Assembly: GCF_001194135.2 (NCBI RefSeq)
Contig: NC_068984.1
Span: 117,923,984-117,987,983, forward strand
Reading direction: 5' to 3'
Source of the DNA: Octopus bimaculoides
Lineage: Eukaryota
DNA: 64,000 nt
The position numbers were made by a program, and so were the translations under genes. Positions 39,011-53,910 of the stretch are shown here, in pieces. The notes under the pieces are model-generated. The model did no database searches. It saw nothing but the letters and a program-made list of their open reading frames with translations, and was not told the origin of the DNA. The first letter of the stretch is position 1. The number at the start of each line of letters is the position of its first letter.

Positions 39011-39360
39011 TGACAGGGCTGCTGTTGTTGTTATTGTTGTTGTTGTTTTGTAACGGTGGATGGGTGGGGTGGGGGGTTGTGATGAAAGGCTGTTATTTAG
39101 TGCAAAGCTACTAACGGTGAATCCGATCCCGATCCGATCCGATCCGATCAGATCCGATCGTGGTGAAGAAAGATGCCCTAATTTTTCTCTCATTTATTGA
39201 CATATCTTGTCAATCTTTCCATATTGCAACATGTAAGCTTGGTCACATGACTCGCCCCGGCGAGAGTGAAGTGAAGTGAAGTGAAAACGACTCACCCATG
39301 TGACAAAACGACTTCTGGAGCAACAACAACGGCGACTACTACGACAACATCGATAACAAG
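38820..39360. promoter_or_regulatory. Orphan CpG-island-like element (candidate internal promoter/enhancer)
   Basis: Contains (GGC)n(GGT)n, (GATCC)n and (GTGAA)4, plus inverted E-boxes GTCACATGAC (39242-39251) and CATGTGAC (39297-39304). CpG is abundant compared with the 38 kb to the left. Confidence 0.4.
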
Positions 39361-41059
39361 GCAAGGGAAATGCTCCACATGATAGCTCGATTTGTTAAAA
39401 AACATAGCTGTTAAATCACCCTCAAATCACACCTTATCGTAAAAAAAAAACAGAAAAAAAATTCGTAAAGGAATAAGTGGAAATGGAATTTTGATTTGTG
39501 CCGTTTCCGCCAGTAGTCAGTCTTAGATAGCCATATACAAACCTACACACACACACACACACACAGAAGGAAAATTACAGACTGGGTGATCATAACAGGA
39601 ATGTCTGGTTACAGGTGTACTGGATCAGAATTTGACCTGAGATTAAACTGTATCACCCAGAAAAGAACATCGAAAACACGTGTTCGTCACCTCATTACTC
39701 GCCCTTGTCGCAATAAAAGCAGACATTATTATATAGTCAGTCAATGTGTTTATTAATTAATAAATAGTAATAATAATAATAATTATTATTATTACTATTA
39801 ATGTTATTATTATTATCGTTATCAATAGTTGTATCTTTATCAGTAATAACAGAAGCGGTTATAACACGGTTGAGTCGTCGGAAACTGGGTTTTTGGAATC
39901 TTTACAGCCAAATTCATTGACAATAATGATTTAAAAAACAAAACCTCGATAGAATTACTTTAGTCCTTCATCCCTTTACATTAAGGTTACGTTCAACAAG
40001 GTATAAAATACACAAGAAACAAATAGATAAATAAATAAACAGCCCAGTGTTGTTTTTTTTTTTCCTTCTCCATGATTTTCGGATTCATGTGAAGAACATA
40101 TGAGTGAGAGGTGTCAACCGTTCCAATCAACCATGCATAATATACAAGTCTCGCAGTTACATAAATTATAGTTCAATTTGACTGTTGTTCTTTCGCGTGC
40201 GTGCGTGCGTGCGTGCATGTGTGATTGTGAGGTNNNNNNNNNNNNNNNNNNNNNNNNNNNNNNNNNNNNNNNNNNNNNNNNNNNNNNNNNNNNNNNNNNN
40301 NNNNNNNNNNNNNNNNNNNNNNNNNNNNNNNNNNNNNNNNNNNNNNNNNNNNNNNNNNNNNNNNNNNNNNNNNNNNNNNNNNNNNNNNNNNNNNNNNNNN
40401 NNNNNNNNNNNNNNNNNNNNNNNNNNNNNNNNNNNNNNNNNNNNNNNNNNNNNNNNNNNNNNNNNNNNNNNNNNNNNNNNNNNNNNNNNNNNNNNNNNNN
40501 NNNNNNNNNNNNNNNNNNNNNNNNNNNNNNNNNNNNNNNNNNNNNNNNNNNNNNNNNNNNNNNNNNNNNNNNNNNNNNNNNNNNNNNNNNNNNNNNNNNN
40601 NNNNNNNNNNNNNNNNNNNNNNNNNNNNNNNNNNNNNNNNNNNNNNNNNNNNNNNNNNNNNNNNNNNNNNNNNNNNNNNNNNNNNNNNNNNNNNNNNNNN
40701 NNNNNNNNNNNNNNNNNNNNNNNNNNNNNNNNNNNNNNNNNNNNNNNNNNNNNNNNNNNNNNNNNNNNNNNNNNNNNNNNNNNNNNNNNNNNNNNNNNNN
40801 NNNNNNNNNNNNNNNNNNNNNNNNNNNNNNNNNNNNNNNNNNNNNNNNNNNNNNNNNNNNNNNNNNNNNNNNNNNNNNNNNNNNNNNNNNNNNNNNNNNN
40901 NNNNNNNNNNNNNNNNNNNNNNNNNNNNNNNNNNNNNNNNNNNNNNNNNNNNNNNNNNNNNNNNNNNNNNNNNNNNNNNNNNNNNNNNNNNNNNNNNNNN
41001 NNNNNNNNNNNNNNNNNNNNNNNNNNNNNNNNNNNNNNNNNNNNNNNNNNNNNNNNNNN

Positions 41060-41093
<34 letters not shown>

Positions 41094-41548
41094 AAACAGC
41101 CTTTAGATTTGGTTCAATATGGTGTAACTAACACAACACAGACCAAATAGAATGGCTCCATACATAGTGTATATTTGTATATATGGCTCTCGGTGTGTGC
41201 GTACAGACAGTGGCGTAAATTTACAAACATCACATACATTACGATATATATATATATAATATATATATATATAATACACACATAGATATGTATACATATA
41301 TACATACGTATGTGGTGGAGTGGGGTATGAATGTATTGGAAATCAAATACACACTGAATATTAACGTTTGAATGAACAACATGTACAACATATAGGTTGT
41401 AAATATATTAACCCTATTTTCTATACTCAGCTGAGTGCTCATCTCACGGCACTCTCTTGCCTATTCCTAATTCCATTTACAGAGAATCCACAAACATATG
41501 TATGAAAATTTACATACAGGCACACATGTACCTATTCATACATAAACC

Positions 41549-41591
<43 letters not shown>

Positions 41592-41601
41592 NNNNNNNNN
41601 N

Positions 41602-41643
<42 letters not shown>

Positions 41644-42529
41644 TCTCTGTTATATGTTCTACATATAATTACATTGAATGAAACGAATTTGACATGTTAA
41701 ATTATATGTACACAGTAGCAGAAAGGAAAATGTGTAGAATAAGAAAGATCTTTAGATTTATATGTTCACGATCAAGGTAATGTATATGTTGTTTATGACA
41801 AATGTAATGTCAGTCGGCATCAATAAAAATAATGATAGTATAATAATAATAATTTCTTTTTTATTGGCAACAAGGACCCAGGCGATAAGACAAAATGGGA
41901 GGAAAAAAAACCCATAACAAACACTGATGGATTTCCATCAAGGAAAAAAACATGGATGAGATCAACAATGAATAAATAACAGTCATGTAAATAGCTATAA
42001 TTATATTTATTATTATTATTATAGACGTTAATAATGAATATATATAATAAGAGTGAAAGCCATGAGTGAAGGAGGGAAAAAAAAATGCAACTATCTATGG
42101 CAGTCGGTTTAAATGAAATGAAAATAACACGTTCACACACGATTATTTGTAATTGTAACGGCCATGGAGGGATGAATGGATGGTTGATAGACCAGTTTAA
42201 GGAACCATACGTAAAATCGTAATTCAGGGACCAGAAAAGCGTTTATAAATCAAAGAGATTATATTTTTTTTCTTAGATACGAAGATACATAAAGCTAAAC
42301 AGATATATATGTGTGTGTATACATATATGTATATATATATATACACATGCACACACACATATGTAAATGTATGTATATATATATAGGGAACAGGTCTTTT
42401 TTTTTCAAAACGCGCATTAAAAACACGTCTATGTTCTTACTTTCATAATTTTAAAGATTTCCCCCCATATTTTTGAGTTCTTTCCATGCTTTCACCCCCA
42501 CCACACACACACACACGCATGCACTCATA

Positions 42530-42598
<69 letters not shown>

Positions 42599-44231
42599 NN
42601 NNNNNNNNNNNNNNNNNNNNNNNNNNNNNNNNNNNNNNNNNNNNNNNNNNNNNNNNNNNNNNNNNNNNNNNNNNNNNNNNNNNNNNNNNNNNNNNNNNNN
42701 NNNNNNNNNNNNNNNNNNNNNNNNNNNNNNNNNNNNNNNNNNNNNNNNNNNNNNNNNNNNNNNNNNNNNNNNNNNNNNNNNNNNNNNNNNNNNNNNNNNN
42801 NNNNNNNNNNNNNNNNNNNNNNNNNNNNNNNNNNNNNNNNNNNNNNNNNNNNNNNNNNNNNNNNNNNNNNNNNNNNNNNNNNNNNNNNNNNNNNNNNNNN
42901 NNNNNNNNNNNNNNNNNNNNNNNNNNNNNNNNNNNNNNNNNNNNNNNNNNNNNNNNNNNNNNNNNNNNNNNNNNNNNNNNNNNNNNNNNNNNNNNNNNNN
43001 NNNNNNNNNNNNNNNNNNNNNNNNNNNNNNNNNNNNNNNNNNNNNNNNNNNNNNNNNNNNNNNNNNNNNNNNNNNNNNNNNNNNNNNNNNNNNNNNNNNN
43101 NNNNNNNNNNNNNNNNNNNNNNNNNNNNNNNNNNNNNNNNNNNNNNNNNNNNNNNNNNNNNNNNNNNNNNNNNNNNNNNNNNNNNNNNNNNNNNNNNNNN
43201 NNNNNNNNNNNNNNNNNNNNNNNNNNNNNNNNNNNNNNNNNNNNNNNNNNNNNNNNNNNNNNNNNNNNNNNNNNNNNNNNNNNNNNNNNNNNAACAAACC
43301 CTTTGAGGTTAATAAAGAAATCACCATCACCATCATCATCATCATCATCGTCGTCGTCGTCGTCGTTGTTGTTGTTGTTATTGCAGAATCTCAATCGCCA
43401 ATGATACGGGACAAATGGTTTCCTTTTCTTTTTATTTTTTTTTTTTAATTTTTTTTTTGAACGGCATTTAGTTACGTCCCTTTACGTTCTGAGTTCAAAT
43501 CCCGTCGAGGTCAACTTTGCCCTTTCATTCATCCTTCCGGTGGTGATGGCAGTGGTGGTGGTGGTGGTTATGGGGGCCGCGGTAGAGAGAATAACATAAA
43601 TAGCAGCCAAGTGCAAGAGATCAATTTTTTTTTTGATCGATTATACCTTTTCAAATACATACACACAAAATTATAATCTCGTGTCTTATTTTCCAATCCT
43701 TTCTTTTTTTAAATTTAACTTCCTTTATTTTTCATAATCGATTCCTCTGTAAAATCCAACCATTTTTTTGTAATTTGTCCTTGTAATGTCTCGTTATCCA
43801 TCGCCCTTGTGCCAAAATACTGAAATTACGATTATTATTATTATTATAATTATTATTATTATTATGACAATTTCGACACACGCTTTTCACGTTCACGTTT
43901 TACTTATTCTATCTCCCTTTTTTTTTTGGCACCTTTGGGGAAACTTTGAACGCCATAAACTCCGGTTCATTTAAAAAAAAACGAACCGGAAATAATAAAA
44001 TACAGAGGCATCCAATATCTGTTTGAAATGGGACGAAGTGAATTGGTGGATTGATCACAACTGGAAAATCTTTGATCGTAATGCCAGCTCGATCAGGGGG
44101 TCTTAAAAAGGAAAAATAAAAACAAAACAAAACAAAAATGGGGCCACGTTTTGTTGTGTTTAATCAAGAATAAACCATCTCAATCAGCATTATTATGGAT
44201 GATGATAATGATAATAATAATGATAATGATA

Positions 44232-44234
44232 GTT

Positions 44235-44303
<69 letters not shown>

Positions 44304-44308
44304 ATAAT
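44232..44308. repeat. (TAG)n microsatellite
   Basis: Direct reading. Confidence 0.95.
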
Positions 44309-44483
44309 AAAGATTAGTAATTTAGGCATGAGGCTATCAATTTAAAGTGGGGGAGTGTTAGACTATATGTCGCCCCACCCCACCCCCTCCACTCCGATTC
44401 CATTACTTGACTGGTACATTATTTTATCGACACAGGGTAAAGGGAGGGGGGACCCATTGAAAGGCAAAGTTGATGACGACGAC

Positions 44484-44522
<39 letters not shown>

Positions 44523-45333
44523 AGGATAGGATAGAAGAGTTTTGAGTATAAATGGGAATAATGATAAATTCTTAGGAGCGTAACAATTTTGGGAATTATT
44601 GTGTGAATTATTCTGAGAGTGAGAGAAAGAGACAGAGAGAGAGATAGAGACAGACAGAGAGAGAGACAGAGACAGAGAGAGACATTTTGTCTAATTTCGC
44701 ATATTTCTATCAGGTAAGTTCGTTCGACTGTAGACAGCGTGATGCGAGAATCAACAGTTGTGGAAACTGCAAAACAGATTAGACAGATGCTGCTATGTGT
44801 TTAAAGGCTTTTAGTGACAGTGGAAGGTGTGTGTGTGTGTAATGTAAACGGTAGAGAACTTGGATGTAGCATCGTTTGTAAAGATATGAGGGTGTGTGTG
44901 AGAGAGAGAGAGAGATATGGCATGTATATGTACATGTTTGTGTGTTTGTTCTTGTGTTGAAGAGAGAGGGAAAAGAGTGGATGTGTGTATGAGAGAGAAA
45001 GAGAGAGAGAGATGAAAGAGGAGGGGAGAGAATAACGAATGAGAGAGAGAAAGAGAGACAGAGAGACAGAAAGAGAGAAGGGGAGAAGGAAGTAAACAAA
45101 CACATGTAAAAGAATATAAGGCAAGCTATATGGAAATTTAAGGTAGACAGATGTACGCTTACAGTGTATATATTTATAAGTATTTATATAAATATGTTTG
45201 TGTGCTTGAGAGAGAGAGAGAGAGAGAGAGTGTGTGTGTGTGTGTGTGTGCGTATCGTTAGAACAGCTAAATATTTTAGGCACATTATCCAAAGATACAC
45301 GTGTGGAAACAGATTGATAAATATATCATATAT

Positions 45334-45336
<3 letters not shown>

Positions 45337-45418
<82 letters not shown>
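45337..45418. repeat. (TA)n microsatellite
   Basis: Direct reading. Confidence 0.95.
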
Positions 45419-45427
<9 letters not shown>

Positions 45428-46059
45428 ATATATATATATATAAAACTCAACACCTTAGTGAAAAGATAAAATTAAAAGCCCAGGTGAGCCGTAAGTGTGG
45501 AGCGGAGCGAATCAAGGTATATATATGTTACTATCCAGTCTTTTAGACGAGCATGATTCAGAAGAGGTGGGGTGGGAGTGGAAGTGGGGGTCGATAGAGT
45601 GAGAAGGGAAGTAAGAAAGAGAGAGAAAGAAAGAAAGAAAGAAAGAGACAGAGAGATAAATGGTTATGGGGGGAGAGGGGAGAGAGGGGAAGAGAAGGAG
45701 TTTGTAGCTGATTATTATAAGATTCTAAGAACCCTCTGACTCTGAAAGTAAATAACTAAATCTCTTGGAATATTGCAAAAATTACTAAAGATGGACGGAA
45801 TTGAAGAATCTTCAAACTGAATCACTTTTTTATATATATATCTATATTGTGGATTACAAACAGAAATAAAAGAAAAAAATAATATACAAATATCTGATGT
45901 ATGTGTGATTGATTGTATATGTGTGTATACAAATATATAATTGTATATTTGTTTTATACACTGTTTCATATTTAAGTATTTTTAATTCGTGTCCCACCAC
46001 AGTAATTATGCACATGTGTATATCTCTATATACACAAGTATACAACGTGTTGTTTCTTA

Positions 46060-47560
<1,501 letters not shown>

Positions 47561-48183
47561 ACACAAGACAAATCGCTGGTAATACACTGACAGAGTGGAG
47601 TATGTATGAGTGCAAGTATGTATATGTGTATATGCGTGAGTGAGTGTGTGTGTGTGTGCGTGTGTGAGTGTATATAAATATATATATGCGTGTGTGTGTG
47701 TGTGTTTGTGTAAGAGCCGCGTGTGAGTTAGTGAGCGAATGAGCGAGAAAGTAACTGTGAGGTTGTACAGAGAAAAACAGTGACAGAAAGACATACAGTA
47801 ATATATACACACACATACACACATTTATAAGACACTGAGTGATATACAATCGTAGAAAAATTTTCGAATTTTTATGAAGACAGTCGTTGCTGAAGAATTC
47901 CATGGAGGAAACATATAAAACGTTATTTCGGATGGCATCTATCGCACGCAGAAAAATAGAGAAAAAATTGAAGCCCAAAACAAAAAGAAAAAAAAACAGA
48001 AAAGAAAAATCAACACAAACATGTATATATTCACTATTTTTTAATGTGTGTTGCGTGTGTGTGTATACATATGAAATTCAGACAGTAAAAATATAAAATC
48101 AAAAAATATCAATTAATCAAAGAATATGATAAAATTTCTTTCCACTTTTTTTCTTTTCTTTTTACATACATACACGTACACGC

Positions 48184-48214
<31 letters not shown>

Positions 48215-48269
48215 TGTATGTATGTATGTATGTATGTATGTATGCATGCATGATCACGTTTCCAGGTTG

Positions 48270-48335
<66 letters not shown>

Positions 48336-50640
48336 CTGTCTGTCTGTCTCTCTCTCTCTCTCTTTCTCTCTCCCTCTTTCTTCGGTTTTTACGCTTCATT
48401 TGGAACCAAAACCAAAACAGTATATATGTTACCAAAGCAGTAACATATATAACCTATTTTTATTTATTTATCTACTTATTTATTTATTTGTTTATTACCT
48501 TGCTTATGTGGGAGCCACTACGCAATCGCTCGACCTGCTAGAAATAGCAGCAAAATCTCCCCGACTCTATATGAAAAAAAAAAAAAAAGGGGGACACTTT
48601 GGATAAGGCAGCACTAGTTAAACCAGACACCATGCCTATATATAAAAATGGATAGCCATGCCTAGAACGCTGTTGAGATAATAATAAGGTTCACTCCACA
48701 CAATATGAAATGAAGTGCAACAGCAATAATCCGATCATTTTCTAAGAACTAGAAATATCACATTCTCTTTCAGCGTGACAACTCTTTTTATTTTTATTAT
48801 TACTCTCACATTCATCCACAACCACTGCCAAACGACTAAAGTCGACAGCAAACAACAACAATAATAACGACGATAAAAAATGTCATAACGTATGTCTTTC
48901 ACATTCACAGAAAATGCAACACATTAAAAAAAAAAAGAGACAACTGTTGTTTAGTTTACTGCTTTTGCGTATATTTCAAACCGACATCATGTATTTTCGA
49001 TTAAGACGTGTCTCAGACAGACGTTATATTTATTATTATTGTTAGAGATGAATAAGAACATATATATNNNNNNNNNNNNNNNNNNNNNNNNNNNNNNNNN
49101 NNNNNNNNNNNNNNNNNNNNNNNNNNNNNNNNNNNNNNNNNNNNNNNNNNNNNNNNNNNNNNNNNNNNNNNNNNNNNNNNNNNNNNNNNNNNNNNNNNNN
49201 NNNNNNNNNNNNNNNNNNNNNNNNNNNNNNNNNNNNNNNNNNNNNNNNNNNNNNNNNNNNNNNNNNNNNNNNNNNNNNNNNNNNNNNNNNNNNNNNNNNN
49301 NNNNNNNNNNNNNNNNNNNNNNNNNNNNNNNNNNNNNNNNNNNNNNNNNNNNNNNNNNNNNNNNNNNNNNNNNNNNNNNNNNNNNNNNNNNNNNNNNNNN
49401 NNNNNNNNNNNNNNNNNNNNNNNNNNNNNNNNNNNNNNNNNTATATAACGGGTAGAAAATCACGGAAGATGGACGTTTCTCTTTGGATTTCAATAAAATA
49501 TTAATTATTTGAATAATTAATAAAATATTAAAAACGCGATATAGGAATGAACAACAATATTAAATGCAAATTAATTAAATGCAAATTAATTAAATGTAGC
49601 GTATCAGTATTTATTAAAATCATATTCGATTCTAATGATTACATAATAATAATATCATTGTAAGTATTATCAATGTTATTATTATTATAACTTTTTTCTG
49701 CAACAGCGATTATTAATACTGCGAGACCTGTAAACGCGGCACAGTTGCAAACATAACGCACTTCATTTTTCACATATGCGCACATATGGAAAAATTAACA
49801 TATATCTATTTATAATATATTTATATATAAATTATTCTATTTTATTTTATTCTATTTAATTTTATTTTCGAAGCACACATTATTTTCTTATTATCTCTCC
49901 AGCTACATACACATATACGTATATATATATTTATTTCTATTTGTTTAAATCGACTGTGCTGTACTCCTTCCTGAGTTCGATTACTGCGGCGTTGCTAATA
50001 TATTCGATCGCTTGGTTTGGTGCGCTTTCATACAAACGTAACAGTTTTCTCTTCCCTTCTCTCTCATTCAGTCGCTCTCTCTCTCGTTCCTTTTCTCTGT
50101 ATCTTTGTCTCTTTCTCTCTCTCTTACTCATTCCACTTCTCTCGATCCCTCTTCTCTCAATCCGTCACACTATCTCTTTCAAACTCTTCCTCTATACCTT
50201 AGTCGGCCGGTCGGTCAGTGTGAAAAACTTAGACGTTGCTTGCGTATGCATACAAGATCGTAAGTAGAGGTATAACTCGCATCCTAACACCAGCAAAGAT
50301 CTCTCACCGTCCTGCGATCGTTCTCTTTTGTTCTATATTCGGGACGATTATTTTGGACACCTGTTTCCTCGCCGTTCTCACTCTCACATCAACAAATGCA
50401 GTGTCGCTTATGATTTCAGTGAATGATGGATGGATTCATTTGAAGACACTTAACGAAATAGCAGTTTTCGGAGCAATCGCGCATGCACTTAGTGATCCTC
50501 ACGCGTATACATATGCGCGCGTGAGTTTATGCGTACACACGTAGACATGCAAACACAGACGCACACACACACGTATATATATATATATCTATGTATATAT
50601 ACATGTGTATTTATATATATATATATAAATGCTTATACGT

Positions 50641-50671
<31 letters not shown>

Positions 50672-50793
50672 CATACATTCACATATAACAATATATATAT
50701 ATATATATAACAATATATATATATATATATATATATATTGTTATATATATATATATGTATGTATTTACATATGCATACGTATACATTCGTACT

Positions 50794-50825
<32 letters not shown>

Positions 50826-50903
50826 TATATTCACATATATATTCATTACATATAAACACACATATATGTATGTGTGTGTGCATGTATGTATATGCATACA
50901 TAC

Positions 50904-50956
<53 letters not shown>

Positions 50957-51688
50957 NNNNNNNNNNNNNNNNNNNNNNNNNNNNNNNNNNNNNNNNNNNN
51001 NNNNNNNNNNNNNNNNNNNNNNNNNNNNNNNNNNNNNNNNNNNNNNNNNNNNNNNNNNNNNNNNNNNNNNNNNNNNNNNNNNNNNNNNNNNNNNNNNNNN
51101 NNNNNNNNNNNNNNNNNNNNNNNNNNNNNNNNNNNNNNNNNNNNNNNNNNNNNNNNNNNNNNNNNNNNNNNNNNNNNNNNNNNNNNNNNNNNNNNNNNNN
51201 NNNNNNNNNNNNNNNNNNNNNNNNNNNNNNNNNNNNNNNNNNNNNNNNNNNNNNNNNNNNNNNNNNNNNNNNNNNNNNNNNNNNNNNNNNNNNNNNNNNN
51301 NNNNNNNNNNNNNNNNNNNNNNNNNNNNNNNNNNNNNNNNNNNNNNNNNNNNNNNNNNNNNNNNNNNNNNNNNNNNNNNNNNNNNNNNNNNNNNNNNNNN
51401 NNNNNNNNNNNNNNNNNNNNNNNNNNNNNNNNNNNNNNNNNNNNNNNNNNNNNNNNNNNNNNNNNNNNNNNNNNNNNNNNNNNNNNNNNNNNNNNNNNNN
51501 NNNNNNNNNNNNNNNNNNNNNNNNNNNNNNNNNNNNNNNNNNNNNNNNNNNNNNNNNNNNNNNNNNNNNNNNNNNNNNNNNNNNNNNNNNNNNNNNNNNN
51601 NNNNNNNNNNNNNNNNNNNNNNNNNNNNNNNNNNNNNNNNNNNNNNNNNNNNNNNNNNNNNNNNTATATGCTCAGAAAACGCACACAT

Positions 51689-51720
<32 letters not shown>

Positions 51721-51764
51721 CTGAATGCGTGTTTATGGATGAGTGTGTGTACGTATGCATGTAT

Positions 51765-52025
51765 TCGGCTCACGATCTTAGGTCGGGAGTTCGATTCCCT
51801 GCGGTGCGTAGTGTCCTTGAGCAAGGCACTATTTCTCGTTGCTGCAGTCCACTCAACTGGCAGAAATGAGTTACTCCTGTAAAGGGCTAGACTTGTTACA
51901 TTTTGCATTACGCTGAATCTCCCTGAGAACTATGTTAAAGATACGCGTGTCAGCGGAGTACTCAGCCACTTGCACGTTAATCCACTGGAACACTGATCGT
52001 CGTAACCGACATAGAGACTGGCCAT
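51765..52025 (+). mobile_element. CORE tRNA-SINE, head A-like + tail X
   Basis: Homology to 11655-11985 with CpGs retained. Confidence 0.8.
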
Positions 52026-53074
52026 GTAGGCATGTATGTGACATAATTTTTAACGATGGAACACGAAGTACATGAATTAATAAAATATAGTGTGTGTGTG
52101 TATATGCATATATATATACATACATGCATACATACATACATACATATATATACATATATATACATATATATACATATATATATATATATATACAGATAGA
52201 TATAGATAGAGAGAAACATTGATAGATAGATACATGTCTGTATATGTGTGTGTATATATACGTATATGTATATATATATATATATATATATACATAAATA
52301 TATATGTACACACTGCGTACGTATATATGTATGTATGTATGTATGTACGTATGTATGTATAAATGCATTTATATATGTATTTATGTATATGAGTGAGTGT
52401 ACCGAAAATTCATTAGTACTTTCCACCTTATTAGTTGTTGCCTTCTCCTGTCTGAATATTGAATTTGCTGTGAAATTAAAATTTGATCTCTTAAGATTAT
52501 CTCCCCCTTTTAAAAAAAATGTGCGCCTAGGTTTTGATTTTTTTTTTTTCATCTTCGATTTAATTCTAAATTTCATTCTTTAGCAATATCGTAATGCAAA
52601 TCAGCCAGTAATCCACCATCTACCTAAAATACAAACATGTATGTATGTGTTTGTCAGTATGTATGCGTGTATGTGTGTGTGTATGTAATATGAAAGCAGT
52701 GAACACGAAAATGAAGAAACAAGTTTTAAGAAATGTTGTTTGGGTTTAATGCTTTAAAGGAATGGTATGTCATTACGTTTCGAACACTAGTCCTTCATCA
52801 GAAAAAAAAACTTAAAGAGAATTAAAGGAGGCGTGTGATAGAATAAAAAGTGGTTTGAGGAAAACAAACGAGTAAAGGCTTAGGAAAAGGTGAAAATGCG
52901 GATGGATGGGAATAATTTAAGAAAGAAGGAAAGAAAGCGGATGTGTGTCAGGGTACAGGTGTGTATTAGTGTATCGGAATGGGCATAAGCAATGGGGGAG
53001 TGTGTGTATGCTTTTTTGGGGTGCATATGTGTAGAGGTTTGCAAATGTAGGAGTGTAGTGTTTATGTGTGTATG

Positions 53075-53108
<34 letters not shown>

Positions 53109-53749
53109 TGTTGCATATGCATGTATATACGTATATAAGCAATTACAGCTAGTTGTTATTTGCAATGTGGTATAACATGCACCATGATTTCACTAATTAT
53201 TTGATACTGGCTGGTCCCGTGCCGTCAAAAATTACGGTTAATTGTAGTATCTTATATATAAATATGGATGGTAAATAAAATCAATACACTTGTTTATGTT
53301 ATTTGGCGGTTGTCTTTTGAGATGTGACATCGGACATCGTTTGTTACTGAAAGAACGCTGGTTCACACATACAAACATTCACATACTTCCATGGTACACG
53401 CACACACATCCACGCACATAGTTGAAACGCTGTTTGATTTTTCTTCTCAGCGTTGAATGTTCACCATCCCACTTCCATTGCACACACATACGCACATACA
53501 CACACGCGCGCGTATTCACATACCTCCCTTTTACATACACATACGCATACTTACACAGAGTTGAAACGCTCCCACTACCAGTTTGTCATCACCCCTTCCT
53601 TTCTCATTCACATGCTGCGACGGAGAAAAACACAAAAGTAGATTGTAGTCACGGGCAAACACGGACACTCTCTCACCCCTTACCATACACACACACTTTA
53701 CTCAGTGGCACATCTTGTATGTATCAATTGGAGAAAGATAGCTACACCA

Positions 53750-53910
53750 GCACCTGACTGGCTGCGACTCATTTGCAGCTGAATTGACTAAAGCAACGAG
53801 AAAAGAAATGCCTTGCGCAAGAACACAGCATACTGCCTAGTCCAAGTATCGAACCCGCAGCCTTATATCATAAGCTCAGCTCAACACCCTGACAACTAGG
53901 CCCCGCACTG
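53750..53910 (-). mobile_element. CORE tRNA-SINE 5' part
   Basis: Reverse complement shows B-box GGTTCGATAC and GTTCTTGCGCAAGGCATT core. Confidence 0.6.

Noticed and set aside
38276-39193. ORFs of 188 and 179 aa near the CpG island
   Set aside because: They are built from trinucleotide and dinucleotide runs (poly-M/D/T/H), with no domain.
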